DNA of 34,152 nucleotides from positions 1 to 34,152 of the forward strand of contig JALNKA010000010.1 of NCBI GenBank assembly GCA_023261815.1. Direction: 5' to 3'. The notes beneath the pieces were generated by a model. That model was given only the letters and a program-made list of their open reading frames with translations. It ran no database searches and was not told the DNA's origin. Within the stretch, counting starts at the first letter, position 1. Each line of letters starts with the position of its first letter. This stretch comes from Candidatus Wolframiiraptor sinensis. Its GTDB lineage: Archaea; Thermoproteota; Nitrososphaeria_A; Caldarchaeales; Wolframiiraptoraceae. The position numbers and the translations under genes are program-made. This document shows, piece by piece, positions 1-8,239 of this stretch.

Positions 1-2
1 CC

Positions 3-623
3 GATTTCGGTGATGCCTATATCTTGTCGAGGATTCGTGATGAGGTGCCGAAGGCCTTCAGAGAAGTCACGCCTTTGGATGCCGTGTTCAAGCCGTTGCT
101 GATAAAGGAGAGGGCGCTGGCCAGGCAGCTGATGAGGCTGCAGCAGATGCTGGAGCTAGGCATAGACTTCGAGGATGAGATCAGGGATTGTGAGGAGAAA
201 TTGATGATTATTCGCGGGGAGATAGTCGAGAATGCTGTGGAGAAGATCCTGAGATTCGCGGATATCGCCAGGGAGCTGGAACTGAACGATAATAATATCA
301 ATGCGCTGTCGGCGCTGGCCGGGCTACTAATTTACTTGAGGTGGCCTTATGAGGTGTCATCATTTCATAGGGCTAAGAGGCTCCTAGGACTGTATAAGCC
401 GACGCGAGAGGAGGTGAGAAGGTTCGAGGAGAGAAGCGGAGAGAAATATAGAAAGCGTTACAGCGGCTATGCTAGGAGATACCTAGTCTTGCTGACGATT
501 GCCATATTGAGCAAAGAGAGGATTTCTAAGCCGAGGGCAAGGAATCAGAAGGAGGTGTTGAGGAAGCTACTGGGAATTTTGAAGACCTATAATGAGGCTA
601 TTGCGGGTGGAGGGGCAGGATAA
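3..623 (+). CDS. IS110/Tas-like RuvC(DEDD)-coiled-coil-Nop/Tnp_20-type protein, 5'-truncated by the window edge
   Basis: The frame is open from position 3 and reads DFGDAYILSRIRDEVPKAFREVTPLD..., i.e. the DxxDA motif of the IS110 RuvC domain. It continues through a helical/coiled-coil stretch to SFHRAKRLLGLYKP...ERSG...RYSGYARRYL, which resembles the IS110 Tnp_20 'F..A..L....GL.P....SG....R..L' region. It is paralogous to the ORF at 33730-34152 and is followed directly by the repeated ncRNA-like module. Confidence 0.72.
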   Translation, partial: DFGDAYILSRIRDEVPKAFREVTPLDAVFKPLLIKERALARQLMRLQQMLELGIDFEDEIRDCEEKLMIIRGEIVENAVEKILRFADIARELELNDNNINALSALAGLLIYLRWPYEVSSFHRAKRLLGLYKPTREEVRRFEERSGEKYRKRYSGYARRYLVLLTIAILSKERISKPRARNQKEVLRKLLGILKTYNEAIAGGGAG

Positions 624-748
624 AAGCCCTGATGAGGCCTGTGGTAAATTATTTGATGCTCCAACAAGGAGTGGTGGCCCGTTTGATGCAGGTGAAAGGG
701 CTGTCCAAATGCCCCCTCCCCCGACACCACCCCTCTTTTCCCTCTCTA
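619..748 (+). ncRNA. Putative guide RNA / element right end, copy 1 (directly downstream of the IS110-like ORF)
   Basis: Outer stem AGCCCT(625-630)/AGGGCT(697-702) with K-turn-like GATGA/GA, inner stem CCTG/CAGG, two 30-nt-spaced units GTGGT-aaattatt-TGATGC (641-659) and GTGGT-ggcccgtt-TGATGC (671-689) separated by the hairpin GCTCC-aacaa-GGAGT, and a pyrimidine-rich tail. Homologous to 3555-3660 and 9109-9240. Confidence 0.65.
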
Positions 749-758
749 AATCCAATCT

Positions 759-1832
759 CTAATCCTTAAATAATAATTTGGGGAGAAAGTTCGTGTTCTC
801 TATGATCGCGTCGGCCAAGCATCTCGTGAAAAACGCATAGGAGTACTTGTTCGTCAGCACGGCTGCTAGGTGCGCTTCGACCCCCCTCTCCCTCGCTTTC
901 AGGACTAGGAAGTAGTCTTCGCCGCCATCGCCGACGTAGAGCACGCGCTTCGCCCCGAGCTTCCTGCAACATTCCAGCAGGCCCGCGGGATTAGGCTTAT
1001 CCATCTCCCTCCTATTATCCCCAGTGAAGAGTATTGCATCCGAGTTGAAGTGATGGAGAACTGGGCTAAGGATCTTCTCGGCTTCCCAGCGGCCCTTGCC
1101 CGAGAGTATGGCGAGCCCGTTTGGCGCGAAGCGCTTAAGCGCTTCCAAGACCTCGAGCTCGACCATCAGCCTCTCATTATACAGGATCCCCGGGCCATCA
1201 TAGTATCTTGGATCCACTCCATGCTTTCTCTTTATCCCCTCGTATCCGAGATAAAGCTCGCTGAAGAGCGTCGTCATCACTCCCGAGCCGTATGGGAATA
1301 TCGGCCCGATGAGCTTCCTAAACTCTCTCAGCTTCTGCGGGGAGCACGCCCTCCTCTCCAGCAACGCCTCGACATCTTCTGGTGTCACATATTCTCCGAG
1401 ATGCTTAGCCGTGCTGGAGATGAGCCATCTGAGAGCATTACCTAAGGGCTTCGAGCTACTCCAGCCGTGCGAGATCTGCCCCATGTAGTGATGAAGTTCG
1501 ATCGGCTCCAGATCTTCTCTCAGCGGGTCGGGGCATCCCAGCTCCACGAATACCGCTTGAAGTATCACTGAGACTATGTTTCTGACATTGTTGAATCCAC
1601 CGAGCATCTTCAGTAGCTGGAAGGCCTCATCATAATCGCTCCCGACCACGCAATCTATTCCAAAGAGCTGGTCGAGGTATATTGCTGTTATGAGTTTTCC
1701 AACCAGCGGGAAGGATAATGATACGTCCACGATCGTCCCATCGCAGTCGAAGATTATCGCGTCAACTTCCCTCAGGGAGTTTAGCTTCTCCTCTAGCGCG
1801 AGAACCCCGCCATCCACGATGATGTAGCGCAT
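759..1832 (-). CDS. HAD-superfamily hydrolase (TIGR01548-like, large cap)
   Basis: Motif I FDCDGTIVD, motif II LSGK, DKPNPAGL and YVGDGGED motifs III/IV; 357 aa. Confidence 0.8.
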   Translation of the reverse strand: MRYIIVDGGVLALEEKLNSLREVDAIIFDCDGTIVDVSLSFPLVGKLITAIYLDQLFGIDCVVGSDYDEAFQLLKMLGGFNNVRNIVSVILQAVFVELGCPDPLREDLEPIELHHYMGQISHGWSSSKPLGNALRWLISSTAKHLGEYVTPEDVEALLERRACSPQKLREFRKLIGPIFPYGSGVMTTLFSELYLGYEGIKRKHGVDPRYYDGPGILYNERLMVELEVLEALKRFAPNGLAILSGKGRWEAEKILSPVLHHFNSDAILFTGDNRREMDKPNPAGLLECCRKLGAKRVLYVGDGGEDYFLVLKARERGVEAHLAAVLTNKYSYAFFTRCLADAIIENTNFLPKLLFKD

Positions 1833-1838
1833 GGATAT

Positions 1839-3506
1839 TCACCTTCGAAGCTTCTCGGCCAGCAGGCTTAGATCGAGCTCCATGGCAGCCGTAGGCATGC
1901 TCAGCTTCCAGCTTGTCAAGACCTCCGGGTGGATCTCACCGAAGAATCCCAGCACGCCCCCCCTCCACGCTATCTGAGCCGCCCTGCCCTCTATGAATGG
2001 CATTGAATCCAGCGGCTCAAGATCCCAGCCATCCACGTCGAGATTCCTCAAAACCTCCTCGGCAACGGACTTCATCTCAGAGTATGATGCCTCGGAGTGG
2101 GATGAAGCGGCGGCGAGCCTTAGCCTTCGAGCAGCCCTCTCCGGCCTAGATGAATCCGGGCAAATGACATCGCCTACCTCGAAAATCCTCTGCGGATACT
2201 GCGCCTTGACGTTTAGCGCGAGCGTCTTCATTAAACTCGGGAGGATCCATGTTCTGAGGATCGAGTACTCCTGTGAGACAGGGTTCTTGAGCTTGATATG
2301 CGAATGAGGTTGGACGCGCATCCTGACATATTCATCCTCGATGTTTGTAAGGGTAAAGTTCATGACCTCCGTGAAGCCGAGCCCGATCATTATCTCCCTG
2401 GCGAGATCCTCTAAGATCGTGTCCGAGTGAAGGCTGCCATAAGCAAGCACTTGAGGCTGAGCCGGCTCGAGATTACCATATCCTATGCCCATCGCCACGT
2501 CCTCTATCAAGTCGACCACGTGCATTATATCGGGCCTATAGGGAGGCGGAGTAACCTCTATCACCTCGCCGCGAGCTCTAGCATCATGCCTCATTCTCTG
2601 AAGAGCCCTGACTATATCTATACTTCTTAGCTCGAGTCCTAGGACCTCGCTTGCCTCGCTCCTCCTGAGCCTCCACTTCCTCTGCTTGTAGATGGGCGTC
2701 GAGATGACCTTATCCTGATACTTAACTTTGACGCGCTCAACCACGCCGCCCATATCCGCCATTGTCGTCGTCAGGATATTTATCGTGTGGATCACTGCCT
2801 TGAAATCCGTCCCCGTCACGTCTATGAATATGTCCGTGGTCTTCTCGCTGAGCTCGGTCAGCCTCGAGTTTATTATCGGCGGGAATGAGAGGACCCTGTT
2901 TAGGGAGTCGAGTATCAGCGGGTAGAATGGCTTTCCCCTGAGAATATGGGCGTACCGCAGCCCTTTCTCGTGCTTCTCCAGTATCTCGTCCAGCGTCATG
3001 GGCGAGTAGCCGCCCAATGGTATGAACTTGTACTCGTCGCCCCTCGCCGCGGCGTACTTGAACGGGGGCTTGACTGCCGAGTAGTCGTGAAGGCCTATCG
3101 CGACCTTGGCCCTATCCCTTCCGAGGATCCAGTGCAGGTCCTCCTGCATCGCTATCAGCTCCTCGAGCTCTTCAAGCCCCAGCCTTAGGCCCCTGACTAT
3201 AGCGGCCGCCACATAGGGCCTTACATCCCTCAGCCTAGGATCGACCTCAATGTACGTTCTAGCGGGCCTGAGCACGTACCTCGGCGCGCCGACGGATATT
3301 CCGAGAAGGCCCCTCGCCGCCCTCGCTATCCCAACCGAGCTCGAGAAATCCGGCCTATTCGGATTATACTCAACGCGGAAATAGTCCTCGCCAATCTCCT
3401 CTACGTCGAGTCCAAGATCATGTAAAAGGTTGGAGAGATTCTCATCGCTCAGCTCTCTTCCGAGAAGACTCCAGAAGCGCTGCTTCTTCACCGTTAGAGT
3501 CGGCAT
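1839..3506 (-). CDS. pheT: Phenylalanyl-tRNA synthetase beta subunit (archaeal type)
   Basis: MPTL start with upstream GGGGTGG SD; motifs EYNPNRPDF, RPYVAAAIVR, QEDLHW.LGRDR.KVAIGLHD, SFPPIINS, PPYRPDIMH..DLIEDVA, NP.S.EYSILRT.ILPSL, FIEGRAA, GEIHPEVL. Confidence 0.96.
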   Translation of the reverse strand: MPTLTVKKQRFWSLLGRELSDENLSNLLHDLGLDVEEIGEDYFRVEYNPNRPDFSSSVGIARAARGLLGISVGAPRYVLRPARTYIEVDPRLRDVRPYVAAAIVRGLRLGLEELEELIAMQEDLHWILGRDRAKVAIGLHDYSAVKPPFKYAAARGDEYKFIPLGGYSPMTLDEILEKHEKGLRYAHILRGKPFYPLILDSLNRVLSFPPIINSRLTELSEKTTDIFIDVTGTDFKAVIHTINILTTTMADMGGVVERVKVKYQDKVISTPIYKQRKWRLRRSEASEVLGLELRSIDIVRALQRMRHDARARGEVIEVTPPPYRPDIMHVVDLIEDVAMGIGYGNLEPAQPQVLAYGSLHSDTILEDLAREIMIGLGFTEVMNFTLTNIEDEYVRMRVQPHSHIKLKNPVSQEYSILRTWILPSLMKTLALNVKAQYPQRIFEVGDVICPDSSRPERAARRLRLAAASSHSEASYSEMKSVAEEVLRNLDVDGWDLEPLDSMPFIEGRAAQIAWRGGVLGFFGEIHPEVLTSWKLSMPTAAMELDLSLLAEKLRR

Positions 3507-3554
3507 TTTCCACCCCACGCCATCGAGATCCATTAAATGAACTTTTCGACTTAG

Positions 3555-3660
3555 CCCACATTTAATGCTCCAGCAAAAGAGTGATCATCTAATAATGGCG
3601 AGTGAAGGGCTGTCTAGATGCCCCTTCCCTGACACTACCCATCTTTTTCCCTCGAGTTTA
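3555..3660 (+). mobile_element. 5'-truncated solo copy (copy 2) of the guide-RNA/right-end module
   Basis: Aligns to 646-748 (TTTAATGCTCCA..AGAGTGAT..TGAAGGGCTGTCTAGATGCCCCTTCCCTGACACTACCC..TTTTTCCC). Segment CATCTAATA (3586-3594) is the exact reverse complement of the right flank TATTAGATG (3659-3667). It lies between the divergent pheT and trxA genes. Confidence 0.75.
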
Positions 3661-3688
3661 TTAGATGGCTACGATGTTTAAGCTCTCG

Positions 3689-4090
3689 ATGCCTGAGGAC
3701 TGGGAGCTCGAGAAAATCAAGTATGAGAAGATGAGGAGGCTCATGGGCAGGACTGAAGAGCCCATGAAATACTCGAGACCCGTCCACATAAGTGAGGAGG
3801 AATTCGACGAGTTCATCGGATCTCATGAGCTCGTTTTAGTGGATTTCTGGGCTGAGTGGTGTGGTCCCTGCCGGATGATAGCCCCGATCCTAGATGAAAT
3901 AGCCAGGGATTACGCTGGAAAGATCGTCGTCGCGAAGGTGGATGTTGATAGGAACCGGGGCCTCGCCATGAGATTCGGGATAATGAGCATACCCACGCTC
4001 ATCCTGTTCAAGAATGGTAAGCCCGTGGACATGATGATCGGCGCCAGGCCGAGGCCCGCGATAGAGGACATGATCAGGCGGCATCTCTAG
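3689..4090 (+). CDS. trxA: Thioredoxin
   Basis: VDFWAEWCGPC active site, IMSIPTL cis-Pro motif, archaeal N-terminal helix DWELEKIK. Start uncertain (3665, 3674 or 3689). Confidence 0.93.
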   Translation: MPEDWELEKIKYEKMRRLMGRTEEPMKYSRPVHISEEEFDEFIGSHELVLVDFWAEWCGPCRMIAPILDEIARDYAGKIVVAKVDVDRNRGLAMRFGIMSIPTLILFKNGKPVDMMIGARPRPAIEDMIRRHL

Positions 4091-4146
4091 GTCTCCGGGA
4101 AATCCATTTTTAGAGGCCTCAAGCCTATGAGGATTCTGATGAGAGC

Positions 4147-5721
4147 TTGGCTATTCCAGAGGAGCTGATCACGATCCTGGCAGCTGTCGGGATGTCTTGG
4201 GCAAGAATGACCATAGCCTTAATCATATCCATAGTCTTCTCCCTATGCGTCGGGATACCCGCCGCAATCAACAAGGCGGCGGAGAAGATCATAATCCCGA
4301 TCCTCGATATACTTCAGTCGATCCCGATCCTCGGCTTCTTCCCGATAGCATTATACGTCTTCATAATGATCCACCCGATAATCGGGCCCGAGCTGGCCGC
4401 GATCTTCCTGATATTCACAAGCCAGGTATGGAACATAGCATTCGGCGTCTATAAGGGGGTGGGGCTGATACCCCCGGAGCTTCGAGAAGCCTCAAGCGCC
4501 CTTGGGCTAAGCGCGTGGAAAAGGCTCACGAGCCTCTATATCCCGGCCGCCTTCCCCGGCATAGCAAGCAATCTTCCACCATCATGGGCCAATGGGCTAT
4601 ACTTTCTAGTGGCCTGCGAGATAATCACTGTGGGAGAGGCGGAGTGGAGTCTCTTCGGTATAGGGACTCTCTCCACGAACTACATACTGGCGGGGAGAGT
4701 GGCCGAGTTCGTGATGAGCATGGCCGCCGTTGTTGCAGCCGTGATACTCATGAACCTGCTAGTCTTCATCCCGGTCATGAGGCTTAGTGAGAGGTACAAG
4801 TTCGAGGAGAGAGCAGCTGAGATGCCAAGAGTCTGGATCGAGAGAGTCTCAAGCTGGTTGTCGCGAGTGGTTAAAAGAGTATCATTCGGCTTAAGCCCCA
4901 TGATCGGCTCATTCGAGCTGAGAATTCCCTCCAGAATAGGGAAAGGCCTGCTAATCGCCTCGCTATCCGCCGCCATCACTGCACTTCTCTGGCAAAACAT
5001 CTTCGGGAGAATTCTCACGGGGGCCACGCTAACCTGGGCACAAGACATCCTAGAGGGCTTTCTAAGGCTCGGAGTTATTGATCCGCTCGTGATGATAGGC
5101 TTCTCGCTCGCCCGAGTGTCGGCCGCCGCCGCCTTCGGCCTTCTCTGGACCATGCCGGTCGCGATCCTTATCTACGAGAATAAGGTGCTCGAGAAGATCC
5201 TGATACCGCCATTCCAGATCATAGCATCCTTCCCGGCGACGCTCATCATGCCATTGATCGCGAAGGCAATCATCGACTCGGGTCTCCCGCTGGAGCTGGG
5301 CGCATTCCTGATGATACTGCTCGGAACACAGTGGTATCTCCTATTCTTCCTGCTGGATGGTCTGAGGGGCATACCCTATGATGAGGAGGAGGTTTGCAAG
5401 GCCCTCGGGATGACTAGAATCCAGAAGCTCAGGCACCTCTATCTCCCGAGAATGCTTCCCTCGCTCATAATGGGCTGCCTCGTATGCTTTGGAGGCGGAT
5501 GGAACACCCTGGTAATAGCCGAGCGCGCTTTTCTCGGCGAGTTCACCTGGGATCTCGGAAGCCCGGGGATAGGGAGGATGATGAGCATAGCTGTGGAGAG
5601 CGGCGACGTCGCCCTGCTAATTGCCGCGACGATCTGGATGGCCGGCTTCATAGTCCTCCTGAATAGGCTCTTATGGAGGAGACTATACGAGAGGGCTGTG
5701 AGAATGGTTGGTGTTGCATGA
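4147..5721 (+). CDS. NitT/TauT-family ABC transporter permease (two fused BPD_transp_1 domains)
   Basis: LDILQSIPILGFFP and IFTSQVWN motifs; two EAA-like loops (ELREASSALGLS, EEEVCKALGMT); hydrophobic; upstream of an ABC ATPase. Confidence 0.9.
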   Translation: MAIPEELITILAAVGMSWARMTIALIISIVFSLCVGIPAAINKAAEKIIIPILDILQSIPILGFFPIALYVFIMIHPIIGPELAAIFLIFTSQVWNIAFGVYKGVGLIPPELREASSALGLSAWKRLTSLYIPAAFPGIASNLPPSWANGLYFLVACEIITVGEAEWSLFGIGTLSTNYILAGRVAEFVMSMAAVVAAVILMNLLVFIPVMRLSERYKFEERAAEMPRVWIERVSSWLSRVVKRVSFGLSPMIGSFELRIPSRIGKGLLIASLSAAITALLWQNIFGRILTGATLTWAQDILEGFLRLGVIDPLVMIGFSLARVSAAAAFGLLWTMPVAILIYENKVLEKILIPPFQIIASFPATLIMPLIAKAIIDSGLPLELGAFLMILLGTQWYLLFFLLDGLRGIPYDEEEVCKALGMTRIQKLRHLYLPRMLPSLIMGCLVCFGGGWNTLVIAERAFLGEFTWDLGSPGIGRMMSIAVESGDVALLIAATIWMAGFIVLLNRLLWRRLYERAVRMVGVA

Positions 5722-6497
5722 TGAGCGAGCCCGGCATCAGGGAGCCGATACTGGAGCTCAGGGATATAGTCTTCGGATACAAGCTGAGAAGCGGCGAGAA
5801 CGTCAAGATTTTCGACGGCCTTTCGATGAGCGTGAAGTACGCGGAGTTCGTTGGGATAGCCGGGCCCAGCGGATGCGGCAAAAGCACGCTGATCAGGATA
5901 ATGGCGGGCCTCATCAAGCCCGAGAAGGGAGAAGTCTTCTTCAGGGGCAAGCCCCTCCAGAAGCCCACATCTAGGATCGCGATAATGTTCCAGAGCCCCG
6001 CCCTCTTTCCATGGTACACAGTTCTTGAGAATGTAATGCTCGCGCTGATCCACGAGAAGAATCTAAGCGGGAATGATAAGATTGAGAGGGCTAAGGCGTT
6101 CTTGGACATGGTGGGCTTGACGGCCTTCGAGTCAGCTTACCCGGCGGAGCTGAGCGGCGGAATGAAGGCGAGAGTCGCCCTAGCCCGCGCACTGGTCTCG
6201 CACCCAGATCTCCTCCTCATGGATGAGCCATTCAGCCATCTTGATCCGCTGACGGCGATATCGCTGAGAAGGGAGGTGGAGTCCCTCTGGCTGAACCAGA
6301 GCATGCCGCCGAGCACCGTCGTGATGGTGAGCCATGATATAGAGGAGCTCGTTGAGCTATGCGACAGGATAATAGTCCTGACGAAGAGGCCGGCCAAGAT
6401 CGCCGGCGTCGTCGAAGTTGATCTCGAGAGACCTAGGTCGAGAAGAAGCCCGGAGTTCTATAGCTATGTCGACGAGGTCTACACCCTCCTCAGCTGA
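5718..6497 (+). CDS. NitT/TauT-family ABC transporter ATP-binding protein
   Basis: Walker A GPSGCGKST, LFPWYTV, signature LSGGMK, Walker B LLLMDEPF, H-loop VSHD. ATG overlaps the permease stop (ATGA). Confidence 0.93.
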   Translation: MMSEPGIREPILELRDIVFGYKLRSGENVKIFDGLSMSVKYAEFVGIAGPSGCGKSTLIRIMAGLIKPEKGEVFFRGKPLQKPTSRIAIMFQSPALFPWYTVLENVMLALIHEKNLSGNDKIERAKAFLDMVGLTAFESAYPAELSGGMKARVALARALVSHPDLLLMDEPFSHLDPLTAISLRREVESLWLNQSMPPSTVVMVSHDIEELVELCDRIIVLTKRPAKIAGVVEVDLERPRSRRSPEFYSYVDEVYTLLS

Positions 6498-6984
6498 TCT
6501 TCTTGACCTTGAAGGTCTTTTCCTCCCCATCATACTCGACGAGCTCGGTGTAGAGGAGCCATTCCAATAGCATTCTATGGATCTCATCCGGGTTCCTGTA
6601 CTCCTCGCTTAACCCCTTCACCTCCGATATTTCCTCGAAGAGCTCCTCGGCCGTGAATTCCTCCCTCTCTTCCACTAGCTTGAATATCGTCGCGAATGGC
6701 TCAACGTTCCTCAGCGCATCTCTCAGAATTAGCTTCCTCTGATCCGATCTAGCCCTCACGAACTCCCTGCCGAGCTCCGTAAGAGCTATGTCACCGTCCT
6801 CCACCTTCACGAGACCCAGGGCTTCCGCGACATCTATCACAGGCAGAAGATCATCAACGTCGCTCTGCAAGTTTATCGCTATTCGCGCTATATCCGCTCT
6901 GCCTCCGTGATCGAAAATCACGTTGATTATTCCCGTGATCATCTCAGGCGTTACAGAGGAGGAAATTTTAGGCCTATTACTCAT
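6490..6984 (-). CDS. Stand-alone AAA-associated C-terminal (winged-helix-like) domain of NitT/TauT ATPases
   Basis: HGGRADI..IA..LQ.DVDDLLPVIDVAEALGLVKVEDGDIALTELGREF pattern typical of AAA_assoc_C; convergent with the cognate ATPase. Confidence 0.8.
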   Translation of the reverse strand: MSNRPKISSSVTPEMITGIINVIFDHGGRADIARIAINLQSDVDDLLPVIDVAEALGLVKVEDGDIALTELGREFVRARSDQRKLILRDALRNVEPFATIFKLVEEREEFTAEELFEEISEVKGLSEEYRNPDEIHRMLLEWLLYTELVEYDGEEKTFKVKKIS

Positions 6985-7045
6985 CTACCACCTTCCTTGT
7001 AGAGTATGTGAAGGCCCATGAGATAAAGGTTTTCCCCGCATCTTT

Positions 7046-8215
7046 TCAAACTGTGGATTCGATGCACCTCAAAACTCTTGAGCATATCTGCTCTATCGGA
7101 TTCAACGTCATGTGAAGTCTTCTGTACTCCTCCGCGCTCTCGCGGAAGGATTCCCCCGACAATATTCTTCTTATCGCCGATCTGAGCGCCTCGAGCGATA
7201 GCTGGTGCTGCTGCAATATTATGCCTGCTCCGGATTCTGCCACTGATAGCGCGTTGCCGAGTTGCTCTCCGTGCGCCGGTATTGGTATCATTATCACTGG
7301 CTTTCCCATCGCGAGAGCTTTTGCCAGAGTAGTCTGGCCAGCCCTGCAGATGACTAAGTCAGAGATCGCGAATATCTTCATCGGATCATCGATCCAGTGA
7401 TAAACTCTTGCGCGCCTGGTAATGTGCTCGGGCTTATCGCCGCCGAGGGTCGCTATCACCTGATACTCTTCCGCTATCTCGTCAAGGATCGGTAGTATGA
7501 GGTTCGTCAGAATCTTTCTCTCGTAAGCCGGCCCGCTCGCGTGATAGAAGATTATCGGGCCGCCATTCGGGTCCAAGCCGAATCTCCCGCAGACCTCATC
7601 TCTCCGCGGGTTCTCCTCCAGCCTCTCAATTACAGGCCCTATAAAGCTCGTCTTTTCTAGGAGATTATCCGGGATAACCAGGTTCCATTTCGAGATCGTG
7701 TATGGTGGGGGATAATCCGCTATCAGGATCTCGTCGCTGAGACCCCATATCTTTCCCGGCGCGTAGCAGGCGGCCTCGAGAAGCTCTATCAGCCTCCGAT
7801 ATCTCGGGTACTCGATCCTGATATTAAACTGGTTTAGTATAGTGAGCGTCGGCTTGCCGAGAAGTTTTCCGGCCAGGGTTGTGGAAGCCCTTGAATCAGA
7901 TAAGACTAGGCTCGCGCCCTCCGCATAGCCCAGCTCACACGAGACCTGCTCCATGAACCTGAGGGGCAGAAATATGTTCCGGAAGATCGTCATCTTTATG
8001 CTGACCTTGCCATCGGGGAGCACCCCGTAAGATATCGGCGGGGCTTGCAGCGCATCCGCTCCCACGGATCTCAGGTATCTTAGGCCATCACCATAAGATG
8101 AGACAGTCACGGCGAGACCGCGCCTCTCAAGCTCGCGTATTATGATCGCTGATCTCGCCGCGTGTCCGTAGCCTATGCCGCATACTCCGAAGTGTATTCT
8201 ATGAGAGGACGTCAT
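7046..8215 (-). CDS. GT-B glycosyltransferase (MurG/GT28-like, MJ1255 family)
   Basis: N-terminal CGIGYGHAARS; C-terminal SDLVICRAGQTTL..AL..GKPVI.IP...HGEQLGNA. Confidence 0.85.
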   Translation of the reverse strand: MTSSHRIHFGVCGIGYGHAARSAIIIRELERRGLAVTVSSYGDGLRYLRSVGADALQAPPISYGVLPDGKVSIKMTIFRNIFLPLRFMEQVSCELGYAEGASLVLSDSRASTTLAGKLLGKPTLTILNQFNIRIEYPRYRRLIELLEAACYAPGKIWGLSDEILIADYPPPYTISKWNLVIPDNLLEKTSFIGPVIERLEENPRRDEVCGRFGLDPNGGPIIFYHASGPAYERKILTNLILPILDEIAEEYQVIATLGGDKPEHITRRARVYHWIDDPMKIFAISDLVICRAGQTTLAKALAMGKPVIMIPIPAHGEQLGNALSVAESGAGIILQQHQLSLEALRSAIRRILSGESFRESAEEYRRLHMTLNPIEQICSRVLRCIESTV

Positions 8216-8239
8216 CCGCGTAGCTCCACCTGGGCACCC

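Noticed and set aside
641-689. CRISPR or tandem TIGR array
   Set aside because: Only two short units per locus, the loci are dispersed, and no cas genes are present.
619-702. Canonical box C/D sRNA
   Set aside because: TGATGA is present but there are no properly placed CTGA D/D' boxes, and in the sister copies the variable segments match flanking DNA.
629-716. Hammerhead ribozyme (CTGATGA ... GAAA with a GGGC/GCCC helix)
   Set aside because: No U-H cleavage triplet after stem III, no stem I partner, and the core is not conserved in copies 2 and 3.
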